A stretch of 64,000 bases of DNA from Opitutales bacterium (lineage in GTDB: Bacteria; Verrucomicrobiota; Verrucomicrobiia; Opitutales; UBA953). The notes beneath the pieces were generated by a model. It did not search any database. It worked only from the letters and a program-made list of their open reading frames with translations, and was not told the DNA's origin. The stretch spans positions 4,144 through 68,143 of the forward strand of contig JBBAUZ010000001.1 of the NCBI GenBank assembly GCA_040397965.1, in the 5' to 3' direction. Positions 38,825-48,126 of the stretch are shown here, in pieces. The first letter of the stretch is position 1; each line of letters opens with the position of its first letter. The translations under genes were made by a program, and so were the position numbers.

Positions 38825-39612
38825 GCCTTTAATTCGCTGAATCGGCGGGCTAAGAGACGGGGAAGGCTAGGGTGTGTGCCGATTAAAGGACTCAGTTCCC
38901 AAGTGATACCACTCGGCGCGTGCTTCTCGCAAATTTCTGCTACGTCGCCACCTGTTCCGGCGTGGCGACCAGGGAGAAGGAACTGCATGAGGATAATGGC
39001 GTGGGCGGATACTTTGGTTAGTGCTGACTCTAAGAGCGGTTCGTTGAAGGCATACTGATCGCCTTCGCGTCGCTCCATCGAACAGGCTATTAATTGTTTA
39101 GAATCCAATCCCAGTTTTTTACTTATTTCTTGAGCTAAAAGATTACGCACATGATTTACTTCAATAATCGGTGTCCCGTGATCGCAGAGTAGGACGGTGG
39201 ATTGATTTTTCTGCCAGGTGGTCGCTTTAAGATTATCGATTAGGATATCGCAAAGTTCTCCGTCAGCTCCGTATAAAGTGTGAGCGACAATCAACTGCAT
39301 GTCCTGGGGTGCATGGAGTTGGAATTGCGCAGGAATAAATTCGGTGATGGCCAAGCTTGGTCCGATGAAAAGGGGCAATACGATTATTTTCTTAATTCCA
39401 TCTCGAGCGGATTGTTGAATAGCCTCGGAAAAAATCTGGGCGGGCTTATTATTTAAAAGGTCGGGTGATACTTTTTGGGAATGTAGGACGGAAACTGGGT
39501 GGACTTCGTGTCCGATAATCGTGCCTACTTCTTGGGATAGATGACGTAGACTTAGGGTAGTGGCGGCTTCGAGTGAGCCGTTGTCTACGAGTATTATCCG
39601 GGTGGACTGCAT
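38821..39612 (-). CDS. CbiX/SirB-type sirohydrochlorin chelatase (two-lobe long form)
   Basis: 263 aa. Two repeats, each with an HGS-like start (LVDNGSL; LCDHGTP) and a PLF/FLLPGRH-type motif (VLPLFIGPS; MQFLLPGRHAG). Located beside cobA and the sulfite reductase operon. Confidence 0.6.
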   Translation of the reverse strand: MQSTRIILVDNGSLEAATTLSLRHLSQEVGTIIGHEVHPVSVLHSQKVSPDLLNNKPAQIFSEAIQQSARDGIKKIIVLPLFIGPSLAITEFIPAQFQLHAPQDMQLIVAHTLYGADGELCDILIDNLKATTWQKNQSTVLLCDHGTPIIEVNHVRNLLAQEISKKLGLDSKQLIACSMERREGDQYAFNEPLLESALTKVSAHAIILMQFLLPGRHAGTGGDVAEICEKHAPSGITWELSPLIGTHPSLPRLLARRFSELKA

Positions 39613-39658
39613 AAGATTTGTCTAGGGCTTGGGGCTTTGAAGGCAATGAATAGTCAGA

Positions 39659-40513
39659 CTAATTAGTTAACGTTTTAAGGGGTGCGGTGAGAACTGTTTC
39701 GGCGGTGAGACCTTTTTGGCGGAGTTCTTGGATGGAGAGTCCGTGGGTGCGCTTGGCCAGACGTTGTCCTTGGGCGTCTGTTACTAACGGAACGTGGGCC
39801 CATTGGGGTGGAGTCCAACTGAGTGCACGATACAGTAAAATCTGTCGAGCGGTGGAGAGGAGTAGGTCAGCACCGCGAACCACCTCGGTTATCTGCATGG
39901 CGTGATCATCGGCAACGACCGCGAGTTCGTAGGAGGGGAATCCATCTTTTCGCCAGATAAGAAAATCTCCAAAGTCTTTTCCGGCCGTGAATGACTGGTC
40001 ACCTTGTAACTCATCGTGAAATTTAATTTCTTCGCCGAGTGGAACTCTCAATCTCCAGTTCTGATTTCCGGGTGCGGTGGCATCGCGTCCGAGATTATTA
40101 TCAGGTCTTAATTCGATTGGAAAAATTGGCTCTTGTTCATCTTCGACGTGAGGTGCGACTAAGGCGCGCTCTACATCTTTGCGCGATTTATCACATGGAT
40201 AGATAAGTCCTGTGGCGTGCAATTGTTTCCAGACTTCCCTGTAATAGTTTATTCTTTGGGACTGCACATAGGGTCCGAATGCGCCACCGACGTCGGGACC
40301 TTCGCTCCACGCAAAGCCCAGCCAGTGACAATCATCCATCGACTTCTGGGCGAACTCATCGCGACAGCGTTGTGCGTCTAAATCTTCGACACGAAAGAGG
40401 AGTTGTCCATGGGCGCGCTCAGCTCGTGCCGCAGCTTGGGCGAAGGTACGAGCGTGACCCACGTGTAATAAGCCGGTGGGTGTGGGAGCGATGCGACCGC
40501 GATAGCCCGACAT
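39659..40513 (-). CDS. gluQ: Glutamyl-Q tRNA(Asp) synthetase
   Basis: 284 aa. RGRIAPTPTGLLHVGHARTF (HIGH-type motif). A truncated GluRS catalytic core without an anticodon-binding domain. Confidence 0.85.
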   Translation of the reverse strand: MSGYRGRIAPTPTGLLHVGHARTFAQAAARAERAHGQLLFRVEDLDAQRCRDEFAQKSMDDCHWLGFAWSEGPDVGGAFGPYVQSQRINYYREVWKQLHATGLIYPCDKSRKDVERALVAPHVEDEQEPIFPIELRPDNNLGRDATAPGNQNWRLRVPLGEEIKFHDELQGDQSFTAGKDFGDFLIWRKDGFPSYELAVVADDHAMQITEVVRGADLLLSTARQILLYRALSWTPPQWAHVPLVTDAQGQRLAKRTHGLSIQELRQKGLTAETVLTAPLKTLTN

Positions 40514-40515
40514 AC

Positions 40516-41271
40516 CTAGAGGGGGTTATCGGTCGAGATAAACTCCCAGGGGATATTGAACTCCGCTGATACGGCAGCGGCGAGTGCTTTTACGCCCCAG
40601 GTTTCGGTCGCATAATGTCCGCATGGGTAGAGATTCCATCCTTGTTCTTGAGCTTCGTTGAAATGCTCTTCACGAAGTTCACCCGTAATCAGTGTATCAC
40701 AATTTTCTGACTTCAAATACGGTAGGGCGCTGCGTCCGCTGCCGCTCAGAATGGCAATCCACTTGGGATTCTTAGATCCGAATTCAATGGCCTTAAAAGT
40801 CTTAGGATAAGATTTCTTTAAACGCTGATTTAATTTTTTGCGACTGATGCCACGACAGATGCAGGCGATGGGCAGGCCTTCGTAATCCACAAACCAGCGC
40901 ACGACTTTCAATCCCAGGTCATTCGCGATTAATGCATTATTGCCGATGGCTGGGTGGGCATCGAGCGGTAAGTGGCTCGAATAAAGTGAAAGCTTACTTT
41001 TCTTGAGTGCAGCTTGACGGAGTTTTTTAACTGAGCCTTGGGGTGAGACGGTCGACCAGTGTATGCCGTGGTGGACAATCAAGTAATCGACACCGCGTTT
41101 GGCCGCTTGTTCAAAAACTTTGGCACCGGCATCGACGGCCGCCCCTACTTTACGAACCTGTTTTTTACCCTTAAATTGCAGGCCATTGTTCGCTCCCTTA
41201 AAATCCTTAATTTTCTTATGATTGGTAATCAGATGACAGAACTCGGTAATTTTTATGGCTGAAGCGCTCAT
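40516..41271 (-). CDS. Nif3-like dinuclear metal centre protein (YbgI/GTP cyclohydrolase 1 type 2 homolog)
   Basis: 251 aa with VHHGIHW and CGHYATE motifs typical of the NIF3 family. Confidence 0.8.
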   Translation of the reverse strand: MSASAIKITEFCHLITNHKKIKDFKGANNGLQFKGKKQVRKVGAAVDAGAKVFEQAAKRGVDYLIVHHGIHWSTVSPQGSVKKLRQAALKKSKLSLYSSHLPLDAHPAIGNNALIANDLGLKVVRWFVDYEGLPIACICRGISRKKLNQRLKKSYPKTFKAIEFGSKNPKWIAILSGSGRSALPYLKSENCDTLITGELREEHFNEAQEQGWNLYPCGHYATETWGVKALAAAVSAEFNIPWEFISTDNPL

Positions 41272-41273
41272 GA

Positions 41274-42116
41274 TCAGAGATTTTTTAACTCGGCGGGAGT
41301 CGGGAACTTAGCTTTTTCAACAAGGGAGTCTGGTGCAAAAGTTTGTTCGAGTAAATTTATGCGAACGGCTGCTTCCGTGATTTTTAGGACGTCGATATCT
41401 CGGGTAGTTTCATCGCGAATGCTGCAGGTGCTGACGATCCACTGGCCATCGACCTTGGCGAAGTCTTCGATTTTTAAGGTACGGATAATTTTTCCGGTCT
41501 GACTATAATAAGTCGCTTCGGTAAGGGCGCCGTAGGTGCGATCAATCCCGTAAACTACTTTGGCGGGTTCACTCGGGGTGGGATTGTTGGCTTCGAAAAA
41601 ATGGACGCCACGACCGCGAGATCTTAACGTCGCGGTGTAACGCGTATCTTTCCAGTGGGTGAAAGGTAGGTTGATATCAAAGGCGCTAATAATCAGTCCT
41701 GGTAGAATCGGTTCGCTGGCTTCGTGTGAATTGCCCGCTTGCGCAGGTTTTAAACTATTAGAAATCCAGAGGGACGACTGCTTGTTATTTTTAACAGCGA
41801 TAAATGAAAGTTGAGTTTGACCATCCTTATCAAAGATTTCCGCTCTGACTTGCGGTCCAAAATCTGCCCAGCCGGCCCAGAGGGCGCCATCGATGGGAGC
41901 TTTGTTTTCGGCCAGCCGTGGCTTGTGGACTATATTAAATTTAAGAAAAAAATTGCCGGGGACTCGGGACTGTCGGAACAGTTGCAAGATCTGACTGCTT
42001 TGCTCGCTGTCTAATTGGGCAAAAGTATCATCATCAAAGTTGCCTTGGGCAAAACCTTGAGGTGGGCATGACAGAGTCACCCAGCAGATTAACAAGCTGA
42101 GTAAGAGTCGTGGCAC
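41274..42116 (-). CDS. Secreted LolA-like / outer-membrane lipoprotein-sorting-like protein (tentative)
   Basis: 280 aa with signal peptide MPRLLLSLLICWVTLSCPPQGFA. Predicted beta-rich. General resemblance to LolA-like domain proteins. No firm motif. Confidence 0.45.
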   Translation of the reverse strand: MPRLLLSLLICWVTLSCPPQGFAQGNFDDDTFAQLDSEQSSQILQLFRQSRVPGNFFLKFNIVHKPRLAENKAPIDGALWAGWADFGPQVRAEIFDKDGQTQLSFIAVKNNKQSSLWISNSLKPAQAGNSHEASEPILPGLIISAFDINLPFTHWKDTRYTATLRSRGRGVHFFEANNPTPSEPAKVVYGIDRTYGALTEATYYSQTGKIIRTLKIEDFAKVDGQWIVSTCSIRDETTRDIDVLKITEAAVRINLLEQTFAPDSLVEKAKFPTPAELKNL

Positions 42117-42122
42117 TGCTGA

Positions 42123-42626
42123 TTACGGATTGGTTCCCGGTGCAGCGGGTGCAGCAGGGACGGGTTCGGACTTAACAGGTGCAGCAGGGGTAACAGAATT
42201 GGCGTTAGCGTCGGCTGGATTGGTAGCCGCAGGTGTGGGCGCTGGGGTTACGGGTGCAACGGGCGCAACTGGGGTTGCTGGAGTTGCACTGGCAGGTGCT
42301 TTAGCTGGTTCAGGTTTAGCGGGGGCGGTTACGGTTGGTGCGGGGGCGAGGGCTTTGGGGCCTTTATTTTCGCGAGCGACGAAGCCGAGGTATAAACCAA
42401 AACTGAGAACGAATAGAATGACCGTTAAAGTAGTCGTCATTTTTGTAAGTACATTGGATGACTCTCCACCAAAAACACTTTCGGCGGCACCGCCACCGAG
42501 TGCAGCTCCCATTCCGGCGTTGGCGCTGGGGCGCTGCATGAGAATAATCACAACAACGAGAACGCTGACTAAAAATAAGAAGACAACGGCGGCGTAGAGC
42601 AGAAAGTCGGTCATGCCCCTATCCAA
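42123..42626 (-). CDS. secG: Preprotein translocase subunit SecG with a long Pro/Ala-rich C-terminal tail
   Basis: Two TM segments flank the Gly-rich loop MQRPSANAGMGAALGGGAAESVFGG typical of SecG. Residues 85-167 are a low-complexity P/A/T tail. The start could instead be Met5 (42614). Confidence 0.8.
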   Translation of the reverse strand: MDRGMTDFLLYAAVVFLFLVSVLVVVIILMQRPSANAGMGAALGGGAAESVFGGESSNVLTKMTTTLTVILFVLSFGLYLGFVARENKGPKALAPAPTVTAPAKPEPAKAPASATPATPVAPVAPVTPAPTPAATNPADANANSVTPAAPVKSEPVPAAPAAPGTNP

Positions 42627-42657
42627 GAGGTCTAGTGCTCATAAAACAACGCCAAAA

Positions 42658-43716
42658 TCAAACTCGGGTATAGGTTCCTTCGCTGACTTTGTAAGTTAGC
42701 CAATTACCGGACGGGGGTGGGACGGTTCCGGTGGCAATTACTTGATGAGAATCGCCGACTTCTTGCCAAAATGCCCGTCTACGGGTGTCATCCAGTTCCC
42801 CCAGTACGTCGTCCGCCAGAATAACCGGCGGGGTGGGGGTGCGCAGTTCGTCGCGTTTCAAACGTCCTAAACAAAGGGCGAGAACGAGTAAGCGCTGTTG
42901 GCCTTCGGAGGCGAAATCCGAGGCGTCTTGGCCTTGGAAGAGAACATTAAAATCGTCTTTCTGCGGTCCGCGGAGAGTGCTACCGGTGATTTTTTCTGCG
43001 GCCCGATTTTTTTCCCAAAGTTCGGCCAGTGACTCAATCGGACTGTCTGGTTGAAAAACTAGATCGGCTCCTTTGTCGGGAAAGCCTGAGCGCGCACAAG
43101 TTGCCCGGAGTGTTTCAGCGAGTTCAGGAATTACCGCGACCCGAGTTTGATTTATAATCACAGCGGCGGCGTGCATGATTTTTTCAAACGCACGCAATTC
43201 GTCGTCGGACGGTCTCTCCATTTTTAACAAGGCGTTTCTACCTTCCAATGCCCGATGGTAGTCGCGCACGGCAGTTAGGTATTGGGCGTCGGTGCTACCA
43301 ATGGCGGCATCGAGCCAGCGTCGACGATTAGAAGGTTGTCCACGGATTAATCTTAAATCATCTGAGCAAAAAACAACGGTGGGAAAAAGTCCGAGGTGTT
43401 GTGAGACGGAACGCACGGGAGTATTATTTACGACTGCCTTGCGGGAGCCCTTCGCTAATTGAATTTCGACTACCTGATCGCCCGAGCTGTCTACAATATC
43501 GAGTCGGATGCGTGCCTCTTTACAGTCTGTCCGGATGAGTGGGGTGATTTCGTTAGTACGGAAGGAACGAAAAGTAGAAACCAAGCCGGCGGCTTCGAGC
43601 AGGTTGGTTTTTCCTTGGCCGTTATCGCCCGTGAGGAAAACATGTTTATGATCCGTGGCTACATCCGCAAAAACTAAGTTTCTGAAGTCTACCGTGCGAA
43701 TGCGGATAATACGCAT
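42658..43716 (-). CDS. recF: DNA replication and repair protein RecF
   Basis: 352 aa. Walker A GDNGQGKTNLLEA, an SMC-like signature region SEGQQRLL, and Walker B ILADDVLGELD. Confidence 0.88.
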   Translation of the reverse strand: MRIIRIRTVDFRNLVFADVATDHKHVFLTGDNGQGKTNLLEAAGLVSTFRSFRTNEITPLIRTDCKEARIRLDIVDSSGDQVVEIQLAKGSRKAVVNNTPVRSVSQHLGLFPTVVFCSDDLRLIRGQPSNRRRWLDAAIGSTDAQYLTAVRDYHRALEGRNALLKMERPSDDELRAFEKIMHAAAVIINQTRVAVIPELAETLRATCARSGFPDKGADLVFQPDSPIESLAELWEKNRAAEKITGSTLRGPQKDDFNVLFQGQDASDFASEGQQRLLVLALCLGRLKRDELRTPTPPVILADDVLGELDDTRRRAFWQEVGDSHQVIATGTVPPPSGNWLTYKVSEGTYTRV

Positions 43717-43718
43717 AA

Positions 43719-44450
43719 CTACTGTGGAATTTCAATCGTCATACCCACCTGTAGTCTAGCGGGATTTTTAATCTTCGTTTTATTGGCGTTAAATATCTGA
43801 TTAATCTTTTGGTCGTTACCGTAGAATTTTCTCGAGATCGATGAAAGCGTATCGTTCGCTTTAATAACATAAGTCGTCGAAGTCTTTAACCCAGTCGAAA
43901 CCGTCTTAGGCGTAGTCGTGGAAGTTGGATTTGTGATGGGAGCTTCGCTTACTTTATTAATCCGGGAGAGTTCGGAGACTTCGCGTTTCAATCGCTCGTT
44001 CTCGGACTTTAATTTTTGAACCTGAGCATTGAGATCGGTTGTGCCGATGGCGTCGGGTTCGAGAGGTCTGCCTGGAATTTGTTCTAGGTAGAGTTTTTCC
44101 GCTGTTTTAATCATCTGACGGACGATTTTACTTTGTTCCGAGGTAGGCTTTAGGCGGATGTATTCGTTGAAGTGGTAAATCGCAGGCAGAGGATCTTTTA
44201 AATCAATATACATACGTCCGGCTTCAAGGTGCGACTCCGCGGCGCCTTTACGCGAATCGATGACGCGTAAAAAACATTCGAGGGCGCGGCGCGTCTCGTG
44301 TTGTTTGCCATAAGCGAGACCTTGACGAAATACGGGATCATCCAGTTCGAACGTTCTCGCATTGGAGTCTTTAGTGTCATCACAACCCACCAAACAAAGA
44401 ACTGTCGTCATTAAAACCCATGATAAAGTGACTGAATGTTTACGAGACAT
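43719..44450 (-). CDS. Lipoprotein with TPR-like region, coiled coil and C-terminal LysM domain
   Basis: 243 aa with lipobox LVGC. The C-terminal YVIKANDTLSSISRKFYGNDQKINQIFNANKTKIKNPARLQVGMTIEIP matches the LysM pattern. Confidence 0.7.
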   Translation of the reverse strand: MSRKHSVTLSWVLMTTVLCLVGCDDTKDSNARTFELDDPVFRQGLAYGKQHETRRALECFLRVIDSRKGAAESHLEAGRMYIDLKDPLPAIYHFNEYIRLKPTSEQSKIVRQMIKTAEKLYLEQIPGRPLEPDAIGTTDLNAQVQKLKSENERLKREVSELSRINKVSEAPITNPTSTTTPKTVSTGLKTSTTYVIKANDTLSSISRKFYGNDQKINQIFNANKTKIKNPARLQVGMTIEIPQ

Positions 44451-44494
44451 GCTGAGTTAACATTTCAATTTACTTTTCTAAACTCAACCTAAAA

Positions 44495-45400
44495 TCATTC
44501 CTTCAATGCTTTAACTAAGGCGGCTTTAAGTTCGGGTGTGTTAAATTTAAAACCTGATTGCAGGGCGACTTCGGGCATGACGGCGAGGTCGGCAAGGAGT
44601 GTTTCCGACCCCATTTGACCAAATAAAGTGGATACCAGCCAGGTGGGCATGGGGAGAGATGTCGGACGCTTAAGTATACCTCCCAGTTCTTCGGCAAAGG
44701 CCATTTGGGTTACAGGTTGGGGGGCAACGGCGTTAACCGCCCCCTCGATTTTCTCATGTTTGATAACCCAAGAGATCAGCGCGGCTAAATCGCCAAGGCG
44801 GATCCAGCTCATGTGTTGAGTGCCAGGGCCGATTCTTCCACCCAAGCCAGCGACGAAAGCAGGCAGCATGGTTTTAAGAGCACCGCCTGAGGCTGCCAGT
44901 ACGAGTCCGGTTCTTAAATGGACAGTGCGAATGCCGGCGGCTTTGGCGGGAGCGGTCGCGGCTTCCCACGCTTCGGTGACTTCTCCCAAAAAACCTTCCC
45001 GGGCGACTTTGGATTGTTCGGTTAAAATTTCGTTGGGTCGGTTAAAGCCGTAGCGATTAATCCCCGAAATAGAAACAAAGACTTTTGGGGGATTTTTAAG
45101 TTGAGCTAAAGTCGACGCCAGTAATGCGGTGCTTTCGGTTCGGCTGAGAAGAATTCGGTTCTTACTCGCCTCGGTCCAACGTTGTGCGATGGGTTCTCCG
45201 GCCAGGTGAACAACGGCATGGGCATTTTCTAAAAAACTTTTATCAATCCAACCTGAGGCGGTGTCCATCGACATCGGACCTTGCTGACGAGAGCGGAGAG
45301 GAAATACGCAGAAGCCATCTTGAATGAGTGTACCACCAGTGGCTTGTCCGACGAGGCCTTGTGCACCAGTTAAAATAACTCGGGGAGGGGAAGTAGTCAC
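44495..45400 (-). CDS. TIGR01777/YfcH-like NAD-dependent epimerase-family protein
   Basis: 301 aa. N-terminal GAQGLVG Rossmann motif and a C-terminal DUF1731-like segment (PTSLPMPTWLVSTLFGQMGSETLL). Confidence 0.75.
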   Translation of the reverse strand: MTTSPPRVILTGAQGLVGQATGGTLIQDGFCVFPLRSRQQGPMSMDTASGWIDKSFLENAHAVVHLAGEPIAQRWTEASKNRILLSRTESTALLASTLAQLKNPPKVFVSISGINRYGFNRPNEILTEQSKVAREGFLGEVTEAWEAATAPAKAAGIRTVHLRTGLVLAASGGALKTMLPAFVAGLGGRIGPGTQHMSWIRLGDLAALISWVIKHEKIEGAVNAVAPQPVTQMAFAEELGGILKRPTSLPMPTWLVSTLFGQMGSETLLADLAVMPEVALQSGFKFNTPELKAALVKALKE

Positions 45401-45457
45401 AATTATTAATTTAATAATATCATAACTGACATAATTACCATTGTTAAATAATGATAA

Positions 45458-46036
45458 TCAATTTTTCGAAACGACTAAAATCCAAGGCTTTGGTTGGTAT
45501 GGTGCGTAACCAACTTTTTCGACTGTATTACCTGCCTTTTCTGCTGATTCCGCAAATTTATTAACGACATCCGATTCCTCTTTTCCGCCGGGATGTCCGG
45601 TGTAGGCCACGCAGATAAGTCGGCCACCGCTTTTTAATTCCGCTAATGCCGAATCTAGGGCGATGGCGGTGCTTTCGGGTTGGGTAACAATTTTTTGATC
45701 ACTGCCAGGGAGGTATCCTAAATTAAAAAGGGCGACTGATATTTTACCGCGATGCGACTCGGGAAGGGCAGCCGTTAATTCTGCATGGGAACGTTCATGC
45801 AGTGTTACGTGGCCGATTAGACCTGAAGCTTCGAGTAGATTACGTGTCGAGTGGATGGCCTCTGGTTGAATATCAAAGGAATGCACCCAACCGGTGCTAC
45901 CGACGGATTGTGCCAAGAATGCAGTGTCGCGACCTTTCCCTGCGGTGGCATCGATGGCAATATCTCCGAAGTCTAAAACTTCACTGGCGAGAGCTTGCGC
46001 ACGTTCAGTGACGCGAATGGGGATTAGGGTAGCCAA
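45458..46036 (-). CDS. YtqB/MnmM-family class I SAM-dependent methyltransferase
   Basis: 192 aa. [21 protein letters not shown], and [18 protein letters not shown], collinear with B. subtilis YtqB as I recall it. Confidence 0.75.
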   Translation of the reverse strand: MATLIPIRVTERAQALASEVLDFGDIAIDATAGKGRDTAFLAQSVGSTGWVHSFDIQPEAIHSTRNLLEASGLIGHVTLHERSHAELTAALPESHRGKISVALFNLGYLPGSDQKIVTQPESTAIALDSALAELKSGGRLICVAYTGHPGGKEESDVVNKFAESAEKAGNTVEKVGYAPYQPKPWILVVSKN

Positions 46037-46869
46037 GGGAAATTTCCAAAGTTAGGCGGACGTTTTTCATTCCACGCTTTTCTACCTTCATCGCCTTCTT
46101 CGGATAAATAATAAAGTAGGGTGGCGTTTCCTGAAAGTTCTTGAATGCCCGCTTGTCCATCGAGCTCTGCATTGAAGGCGGATTTTAGGCAGCGAATGGC
46201 TAAGGGGCTCTTCGTCATGATTTCTTGGGCCCACTTGATACCTTCATTGTCTAATTGTTCGTAAGGGACGACGGTGTTGATGAGACCCATCTCGAGCGCT
46301 TGGGTGGCATTATATTGTCGGCAGAGGAACCAAATTTCGCGTGCTTTCTTTTGTCCAACATGTCGGGCTAGGTACGAGGCACCAAACCCTCCATCGAAAC
46401 TTCCCACCGTCGGACCGGTTTGTCCGAACACGGCATTATCGGCGGCGATGGTTAAATCACAGATTACGTGGAGAACGTGTCCTCCGCCGATGGCGTAACC
46501 AGCGACGAGTGCGATGACTACTTTAGGCATCGAACGAATCAGTCTCTGTAATTCTAAAACATTGAGTCGTGGGACACCGTCTTTACCCACGTAGCCACCG
46601 GCTTTACTGCCGCGAACTTTTTGATCTCCGCCGGCGCAAAAAGCAAATTTACCATCGGTCTGGGGATTAGCTCCGCGCAGCAGGACAACGCCAATGGTTT
46701 CATCATCACGGGCATCGCTAAATGCCTTAATCATTTCGGCAACCGTATCGGGTGTGAACGCGTTACGTCGATCGGTACGATTGATGGTAACACGAGCAAT
46801 GCCTTCGGCTTTCTCGTAGATGATATCGGTATAGTTACCGTGTTTTATCCACTTTAGTGTGGGTTGCAT
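46024..46869 (-). CDS. menB: 1,4-dihydroxy-2-naphthoyl-CoA synthase
   Basis: 281 aa. Crotonase fold with [12 protein letters not shown] and a C-terminus ([15 protein letters not shown]) typical of MenB. Confidence 0.9.
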   Translation of the reverse strand: MQPTLKWIKHGNYTDIIYEKAEGIARVTINRTDRRNAFTPDTVAEMIKAFSDARDDETIGVVLLRGANPQTDGKFAFCAGGDQKVRGSKAGGYVGKDGVPRLNVLELQRLIRSMPKVVIALVAGYAIGGGHVLHVICDLTIAADNAVFGQTGPTVGSFDGGFGASYLARHVGQKKAREIWFLCRQYNATQALEMGLINTVVPYEQLDNEGIKWAQEIMTKSPLAIRCLKSAFNAELDGQAGIQELSGNATLLYYLSEEGDEGRKAWNEKRPPNFGNFPWLP

Positions 46870-46957
46870 AGGTCTACAGTGAGGGGTTAAAGAATAATTT
46901 CCAATGAATAAGAGAGGGGACGCTTGAATATTTCCTCCAACCCATCCAATTTTAGGT

Positions 46958-47422
46958 ATGCGTGAATTAACTAAAGAACAAATTTCGAAGGTTTCTCAAT
47001 GGGTGACAGAGGGGTCGTCACTTTCGGTCATTCAAGGTAAGCTTTCAACCGAGCTGGGTATTTCGATGACATTTTTAGACGTCCGCTTCTTGGTCGATGA
47101 TTTAAACCTTACCCTCCAAGAAAAAGAAGAGCCCAAAAAACCCGAGGAAGTCGTCGCCGCCACGGATGAGGCTTTGCCTGCTGAGGCAGCTACCGCTGGT
47201 GCCGCTGCCGGTGTGAGGGTTGAAGTCGATACCATTTGTCGACCCGGTACCATGGTCAGTGGTAATGTTACTTTCTCCGACAATCAAAAAGCCGATTGGT
47301 ATTTAGATATGGAAGGCAGACCTGGACTCGTGCCCCGCACGCAAGGCTATCGTCCTACGCAAAATGATATTATGGATTTCCAACAAAAGTTGGACGCGGC
47401 ACTACGTCAGTCCGGACTCTAA
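46958..47422 (+). CDS. Hypothetical protein
   Basis: 154-aa ORF made of two small domains joined by an acidic/Pro linker. No motif recognised. Its stop codon overlaps the stop codon of the convergent ispD. Confidence 0.4.
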   Translation: MRELTKEQISKVSQWVTEGSSLSVIQGKLSTELGISMTFLDVRFLVDDLNLTLQEKEEPKKPEEVVAATDEALPAEAATAGAAAGVRVEVDTICRPGTMVSGNVTFSDNQKADWYLDMEGRPGLVPRTQGYRPTQNDIMDFQQKLDAALRQSGL

Positions 47423-48126
47423 GCGCGCGATTTTAAAATCGCTTCGGCAATCGTAAAATCACTTGGCCGAGTGAGTTTAATATTAACGTCTGTATTTTCC
47501 ACTAAAGATATTTCTTGGCCCTGTGTGGCAACGGCTGAACTGTCATCAGTCACTTTCGCGCCGGTGGCCTGGACGTGACGGTAGGCTTTTAAAATAACTG
47601 AGGTGCGAAAGACTTGTGGGGTCTCGGCGGTCCAAACGAGTGAGCGATCGGGCGAAGTCTCGATGGCGTTTCCAGACTTCTGCGCAATCTTGATAGTGTC
47701 TGCCGATTTGCCGGCGAGGATGGCGGCTCCTGATTTAAGCGCTTGGGCTCTGACTAAATTAATGGCGGCTGGAGTGATCAGTGGGCGGGCTCCGTCGTGG
47801 ATATGGACTAGGCCTGGGTGGTCGGCACAGGTTTCGAGTGCAGCGAGTACAGATTCTTGGCGACTCTGACCGCCTAACACATACTCAACTTTCCAATGTG
47901 GAAAATTGAAAGACGCGTATGCCGTTTGGATTTTTTCTAACTGTTCGGCATCGCGATAGGTGATAACAACTTTTTCGATTTTTCCCGTAGCGTAGAATGC
48001 GTTGAGTGAATAAAAAAAGACGGGCTTGTTGAGCAAGGTCGCCGTTATTTTATCGTCCACGACTTTTTGCATACGTCGGGCAAAACCCGCTGCGAGTAGC
48101 ACCAGGATATCGCCGGGTTTATTCAT
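47419..48126 (-). CDS. ispD: 2-C-methyl-D-erythritol 4-phosphate cytidylyltransferase
   Basis: 235 aa. LAAGFARRM (the GxGxR-like P-loop of IspD), plus VHDGARP and ETPQ motifs. Confidence 0.85.
   Translation of the reverse strand: MNKPGDILVLLAAGFARRMQKVVDDKITATLLNKPVFFYSLNAFYATGKIEKVVITYRDAEQLEKIQTAYASFNFPHWKVEYVLGGQSRQESVLAALETCADHPGLVHIHDGARPLITPAAINLVRAQALKSGAAILAGKSADTIKIAQKSGNAIETSPDRSLVWTAETPQVFRTSVILKAYRHVQATGAKVTDDSSAVATQGQEISLVENTDVNIKLTRPSDFTIAEAILKSRA

Noticed and set aside
42130-42597. 155-aa plus-strand ORF rich in Gly/Ala/Val opposite secG.
   Set aside because: It is the complement of the Pro/Ala-rich SecG tail (GCN/CCN codons read as GGN/NGC on the other strand). This is a compositional mirror, not an independent gene.
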